Below are positions 51,611 to 64,000 of a stretch of 64,000 nt of DNA, piece after piece. The stretch's first letter is position 1. Each line of letters opens with the position of its first letter. Source of the DNA: Styela clava (lineage: Eukaryota); the NCBI RefSeq assembly GCF_964204865.1, contig NC_135264.1, forward strand, positions 10,044,001 to 10,108,000, read 5' to 3'. Made by a program: the position numbers and the translations under genes. Below the pieces are notes generated by a model. The model made no database searches. It saw only the letters and a program-made list of their open reading frames with translations, and was not told where the DNA came from.

Positions 51611-51963
51611 GGCGCGGCGGTGTGGCTCAACGGGCTAAGCGTTAGGAATACGCTCGCCACCGCACCTCTAATTGCTCTGCGTGGGTTCGCAGGTTCGAAT
51701 CCCATGCAGGGATGGTTATGTGCGAGAGGATTGCTGGACTCCTCGCCGTCGTTGGGTGGTTCACGTAACCGCTGGTCGGTTACGGCTTCCTCCACCACCA
51801 AGTCCATGTTCCGAAAAACAAACAATACAGTAAAGACTAATCCCATACCGGTACCCGACTTGGAATGGTAACCGGACGAGAGGCCGTGGTTCGCCATATG
51901 GATAAGCCGTCTTATCGGCTTTCCTCTCCCCCGGGATAAATATGTAAATCCTATCCTATCCTA
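51611..51963 (+). mobile_element. Full-length tRNA-derived SINE (copy B)
   Basis: Pol III box A TGGCTCAACGG (51623-51633), box B GGTTCGAATCC (51692-51702), 3' (TCCTA)n tail; three copies in the window. Confidence 0.9.
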
Positions 51964-52301
51964 CCGGTACCGCACCGGTTGAGTGAAAAAATTTTGAAGG
52001 TTTACTGGGGTCTCCCTAAAACCAGGCACTTGCGAATCCTGGAACTTTGATATATTTTTTATTTTTACTGTACGGTACCGGTCCTGAAATTTAACCGTTC
52101 CGCAAGCCAACAAGCAAAAAAAGGGTGAAAACCACTGGTCTAGGTGGCCATACAGCCATATTTTGCGGCGGAGAAACTAAAATGATTGATTGATTGAAAA
52201 ATATACTGGTAGGTGTTTTGTTTGTGTTTTACAAATTATTTTCTGATTTTTTCAATGCAGTGTTGTGCTAGATCAGGTGACAGTTTAACAGCCTAATAAC
52301 C

Positions 52302-53018
52302 ATGTTACAGTCATTAAGAGTGACGGTTACTAATCAGATTCCTCTGACTATTCTCAAAGTCACAACAAATTCATGCATTTCATGTCGAACCAGGCGTTCA
52401 GCAAAACAAGTTAATAACGATATTCCAGAAGAAAGAAGACGCATAAGTCAACTTGATGACTTGGATGAGACAATGCTACGGCCACAATATAGACATATCG
52501 AAGCACTGAAAACCGCCCCGGAAAATGTGCGTAAAATTTTTACCCTAGAGTTTGGTACAAAAGAGGAAAAGTTGGAATCAAAATTTCTTCAATATGGTGA
52601 ACAATTGCAAAGACACAAATATGACTTTGATTCGCTTGAAATGGAAATCGCTGGTCTAACCATCACAATTCGTAAAGACCAAGAGGAGTATGTGAAACGA
52701 GAATATTTAAGTGGATATCTTGAAAAAAAATTACAAAGAAAAAGAAAACTCAGGAACGACTTGTTGCTAAAACTGAGACAAATGAATTTTGAACGATATT
52801 GTCTTGTTGTAAAAGTTTTAGATATAAATCTAATACATTGGCCTGATTATGATGTTAAATTAACGAAGCGTGCTGAGGAAACCATGGATATGAAATTCCG
52901 GACTTTCGCTGAAATCGAGCGGGAAAAGCATGAAAGTGCTAAACGCAGAGATGAAGTAGCAAAACTCCAAGCAAAATTTGAAGAGAAAATTAAATCAGGA
53001 GAATTAGTTATACCATGA
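52302..53018 (+). CDS. MRPS15: Mitochondrial ribosomal protein S15 (uS15m), intronless CDS, 238 aa
   Basis: Arg/Ser/Thr-rich N-terminal presequence-like segment; VRKIFTLEFG, DFDSLEMEIAGLTITIR, LLKLRQMNFERY..VVKVLDI fit the S15 fold. Probable short 5'UTR intron 52209-52260. Confidence 0.82.
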   Translation: MLQSLRVTVTNQIPLTILKVTTNSCISCRTRRSAKQVNNDIPEERRRISQLDDLDETMLRPQYRHIEALKTAPENVRKIFTLEFGTKEEKLESKFLQYGEQLQRHKYDFDSLEMEIAGLTITIRKDQEEYVKREYLSGYLEKKLQRKRKLRNDLLLKLRQMNFERYCLVVKVLDINLIHWPDYDVKLTKRAEETMDMKFRTFAEIEREKHESAKRRDEVAKLQAKFEEKIKSGELVIP

Positions 53019-53210
53019 TATACCTACTCTTGTAATCCTTGGTTAATCATAAATCAACCACTTCCTGGCTTTAAAGACATGATAGAGTTTTATTCAACTT
53101 TGAGCCATTCATTAACTTTAGGTGGAGTAGAATAGGAAAATTTGAGCTCAGGTTATGGATTAAAAATTTTAACTCAGACTCCAGCTATACTTTCCAAAAC
53201 ATAATTGCTT

Positions 53211-53318
53211 GACCTCTGCTTTCTGACCCTAATATTCAGTTTAAGAAACTATTCAAGTGATCCGACCTCTGCTTTCTGACCCTAATATTCAGTTTAAGAA
53301 ACTATTCAAGTGATCCGA
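53211..53318. repeat. Perfect 53-bp tandem duplication in the MRPS15 3' region
   Basis: GACCTCTGCTTTCTGACCCTAATATTCAGTTTAAGAAACTATTCAAGTGATCC starts at 53211 and 53264. Confidence 0.9.
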
Positions 53319-53746
53319 TTACAATAATTGGTGTAATAAAGATGAGATAATTGAAACAATAATAATGTTGTTTGTGGTATTTTCACATTGTCAAGTTGCA
53401 CTGGGTGTGCTGGATGTCTTCGTAATATGAAATATGTAATTCTCCATTTATTTGAAAAATGCAAAACTGTTAGTTCATTATCTATTTGACATTCTATGTT
53501 AGAGACTTCATGCCTCCATCATTCAAGCGGTCAATGCCTAGAGGTTTGACCAGAAATAGTGCAGTCTTTTTAAACTCAATAAACATAAAATTTATTTTAA
53601 TTTTTTAGATAAATATTTAGCCCCTTTACAACTGATGAATATTGGTTCATCACCTTTGAATTGCTTCTCTGGCTTTCTTATTTTTCTAATATGATTCGTT
53701 TCTTAATATTTCAGACTTATTAAAGAGTAAAATTTTAAAAAACACT

Positions 53747-54757
53747 ATGGCACAACTCACCAAACAAGAAGAAGATTGGGATGGTTTGTTAATGCACATT
53801 GCAACACAGCACCAAGGTGGTGTTCACCAACTACTAGACACATTTTTTGCGTTTTTGAGACGAAAAACAGACTTTTTTGTCGGAGGAGAGCCAGGAGATG
53901 CGGAGAAAGCTGTAATCACTGCGATGGAGAGACAACAAAAAATAGCACTCAGTAACAAAACGAAAAAGGAAGAAAAAAAAGTGAAAGAACTGAAAAGGAA
54001 AGAAGAGGAAGAAAAAAAGAAGCAAAGACAAAAGGAAATAGAGGAAAGCAAAATAGTTGAAGTTACGGAAGAAGAAGCACGACAAATACAAGAATCAGCG
54101 AAGAAAAAAGAAAAGGAGAATTCAGTAAATGTCAATAGTAAAATGGAAAACGGGGACTCTGCTGAAAAAGAGGTAAAAGAAGAAACCAAGAAAGACAATG
54201 AAGAAGAAGAAGAGGATGAAGCTGATAAAGGAAAACTTCGACCGAACGCTGGCAATGGTGCTGATTTACCAAATTATTCTTGGACACAGAGTTTACAAGA
54301 GTTGGAACTAAAAGTGCCATTCAATGTGAATTTTCCTGTGCGATCGAAAGATGTTGTTTGTGAAATCGAACGCAAACATTTGAAAGTTGGTCTAAAAGGT
54401 CATCCTCCTATCATTGATGGCGAATCGTATGCGGAAATTAAAGTTGATGAATCATATTGGACAATAACAGACAGAAAAGCACTCCTTGTTAATATTGAAA
54501 AAGTTGATAAGATGAGCTGGTGGAGTCGACTTGTGACCTCTGACCCTGAAATCAATACACGAAAAGTCAACCCTGAGAATTCCAAGTTGAGTGATCTTGA
54601 TGGGGAAACAAGAGGAATGGTAGAAAAGATGATGTTCGATCAACGTCAAAAAGAAATGGGTCTTCCGACATCGGAAGAACAAAAGAAGCAAGACATGTTG
54701 AAAAAATTTATGGCGCAACATCCGGAAATGGACTTTTCGAAAGCTAAATTTTCATGA
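53747..54757 (+). CDS. NUDC: Nuclear migration protein NudC, intronless CDS, 336 aa
   Basis: [82 protein letters not shown]. Confidence 0.97.
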   Translation: MAQLTKQEEDWDGLLMHIATQHQGGVHQLLDTFFAFLRRKTDFFVGGEPGDAEKAVITAMERQQKIALSNKTKKEEKKVKELKRKEEEEKKKQRQKEIEESKIVEVTEEEARQIQESAKKKEKENSVNVNSKMENGDSAEKEVKEETKKDNEEEEEDEADKGKLRPNAGNGADLPNYSWTQSLQELELKVPFNVNFPVRSKDVVCEIERKHLKVGLKGHPPIIDGESYAEIKVDESYWTITDRKALLVNIEKVDKMSWWSRLVTSDPEINTRKVNPENSKLSDLDGETRGMVEKMMFDQRQKEMGLPTSEEQKKQDMLKKFMAQHPEMDFSKAKFS

Positions 54758-55424
54758 TTTAACCCTAAATCCATATGATGAACCTGGTATCCTCATAAAT
54801 GCAACAGATGGTTAGATAACCCTAATCATATTCACATGAAATTTGTGATTTATACTTTGCAATGTATTATTTTGTAACTGTATGATATTTTACATTCCAT
54901 TGTTGAATGAATAATCATACATAATCTGTAATTTAATTGCACAAATGCTGTCAAACTGAATATGATAGAACTGTTGCATATGTTGATGATTGGTCTCAAG
55001 TTTTGAGAGAATGAAAAGTTTGTTATTAAATGCTTCATTTTTTTATTCACATTTTTCTGGTCATTCTTCTTACTACTGCGGGTTAATTCAGAATTTTTAA
55101 CTGTATATCAAGTGGAAATGTTGAGTTTTCAGACATATGACAATTTCAATGCCGTCAATGGGTTTTTGTTTGTTTGGATAAAGTAGTCCAAGACAGGTAA
55201 ATTCATTTTAAACTGCAATGTGAGTGCACCAATAACGACGAGAAGTCGATCACATTCAACCTTTGTAATATTAGAGTAGTTTAAATTAAGAGCCCTAGGA
55301 GAAGTATTTTAAGATTAAGTGCCATTGGTTATTTCTAATAAAATTTTAGTATACACAAATGACATATTACAGCTACTTGGAAGTTCATCAAATTATACTC
55401 CGATGCAGGTGTTACTAGGATATT

Positions 55425-55734
55425 GGGTGTAGTTTAGTACCACGTGTACTTCAGATCGTGCCACAACCATTTTTGTTTGTTATTCCTAACCCCACCTGAC
55501 TACGTCATCCGAAAATTACGTCACTACGATTTCACGATACGATAGAGCTTGCCAAAGTATCGCTGACTTACAATCGCCACAAATGGAATCTGCGCCGACG
55601 ATAACGAATTATCTCATATCGGGGTCGATACGACGAGAGAAATAGATGGTCATCGGCTCGTTTTGGACGATAATCCGTATATTTTTGCGGGCCCTAGTAT
55701 GTCGCAGTGACGTAATGTGGTACTTAACTACACC
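55425..55734. mobile_element. MITE of the same family as 9175-9621
   Basis: Termini GGGTGTAGTTTAGTACCAC / GTGGTACTTAACTACACC; internal CCTAACCCCACCTGACTAC...AAAATTACGTCACTACGA shared with the other copies. Confidence 0.7.
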
Positions 55735-56125
55735 AGACCAAACCCAGACGTGTACGAACCGTTGAATTACAGGTTTTCCATTTTTCTTATTCAGTTCGGA
55801 TCGATATGTGGACGTTAAGTTAGCACAAGGATGCTTGAACGCAGGAATTAGGATGACGAAGATCCTGTTTTGTTTGCACAAATTAGACTATAACATAAAC
55901 GGAAGAATACAGATATCTTGTGGAGAGAAGTTTTTTGAGTTATTTTTGATTATACTCAGATGATGTTGTTTTATCATCGCATTTTTGTTACACTTCCGTC
56001 TCATTTCTTCATTCCTTGTAGCCAGTTTATCGCTCCGGTTGTATTGTATGTGTGACTGCCCGATGGAGACAGAAGACTACACCTCTAGTCCACCTCCATG
56101 TACAATTAGAATATCGCTCAACGGA

Positions 56126-56172
56126 AGGTGCGACAAAACATCTCAGCTGTCTGACACCTCGTAAAACAGTTG
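56126..56172. promoter_or_regulatory. Candidate muscle cis-regulatory module upstream of myosin: T-box site, E-box, T-box site, E-box
   Basis: AGGTGCGA (56126-56133), CAGCTG (56144-56149), TGACACCT (56152-56159), CAGTTG (56167-56172). Confidence 0.45.
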
Positions 56173-56809
56173 TCGAAATGTTACTTCGTGCTAAATGGAA
56201 TCGCAGGTAAGGAGCGAGAAGACTATCTTAAATAATAAAGTATCTCGTGTTCAGAATATTATTCACATGTGTGTGTCTTGTGAGTAAGAAGTCTAATAAG
56301 CGTCGTAAAATGTACTAGGATTTGTTGCGAAATATTTTTAGCAATACCAGAAAGGGCAGTCCTCTTCAAACGCGACAGGAACTATGTATATAAAAAAGTC
56401 GAAAACAGCATAAAAATATTTCTTTAGCTTCATGATATCATTAATCTATTATTCATTTTAGAATGTTTTGCTTTTGGTGTTTTTTTGGTTTTTATTCAAT
56501 TATATTTTCAAGTACAATCCCAGTAATAAGGAATAGTAAGGCACGTGCGCAACGGATACTATTAATACAGAGAAACAAACAACTATATATATATATATAT
56601 ATATGTATTTCGCCAAGATGTAGATGAAATAATGTGTTGTTGCCGTCAGAACTTCGATTGCCTTGTTTATGTTTGAAATAGACTCGGCCTGCTTTCGATT
56701 GCTTCGAGTTTGTTTTCAGTTTACTGTTAATCTTAAAATTTCCATTGCAGTTTATCGAATATTTCGAGCAACATTTCAGTCTAGTAAACCTAATCAGGAA
56801 CTTATCAAC

Positions 56810-63903
<7,094 letters not shown>

Positions 63904-64000
63904 GTAAGTTTCACATATTCGAACCGAAATAGGCCCTAGACAAGCAATTTTTCAAGATAATCTATATATATTGAAAGGACTGAAATATTTTAAATCCAAC

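Noticed and set aside
51164-51897. ORFs of 88-112 aa and a tRNA-like head
   Set aside because: They lie inside SINE copies; A-B box spacing (~58 nt) and lack of a cloverleaf argue against a tRNA gene.
53824-54721. Minus-strand ORFs over NudC
   Set aside because: Antisense shadows of a Lys/Glu-rich CDS.

Overview
AT-rich, intron-rich eukaryotic DNA, most likely from an ascidian (tunicate); this is inferred from the protein sequences, the short GT-AG introns and the operon-like single-exon genes. Genes, left to right: first coding exon of a GCKR/MurQ-like SIS protein (-); an 11-coding-exon, catalytically intact ornithine decarboxylase (-, ~482 aa); ~20 kb with no identifiable gene; a very long FAM110 homologue (+, ~1152 aa); TMEM231 (-); a 5'-truncated L2/CR1-type LINE; an inverted pair of tRNA-derived SINEs; MRPS15 and NudC (+, both with intronless CDS); and the 5' part of a sarcomeric myosin heavy chain (+, cut by the window end). 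The standout is invisible to the ORF track. The ODC 5' leader carries a spliced, AUU-initiated 49-codon upstream ORF ending ...LYRSQLDFNFEPPWDPS*, the polyamine-sensing uCC known from AZIN1/ODC homologues. Here its AUU lies in the 3' arm of an 11-bp hairpin and is overlapped by a weak-context AUG uORF. ODC introns also contain H/ACA-snoRNA-like folds. All exon models were built by hand from splice signals and reading frame, and protein identities rest on recalled motifs, not database searches.
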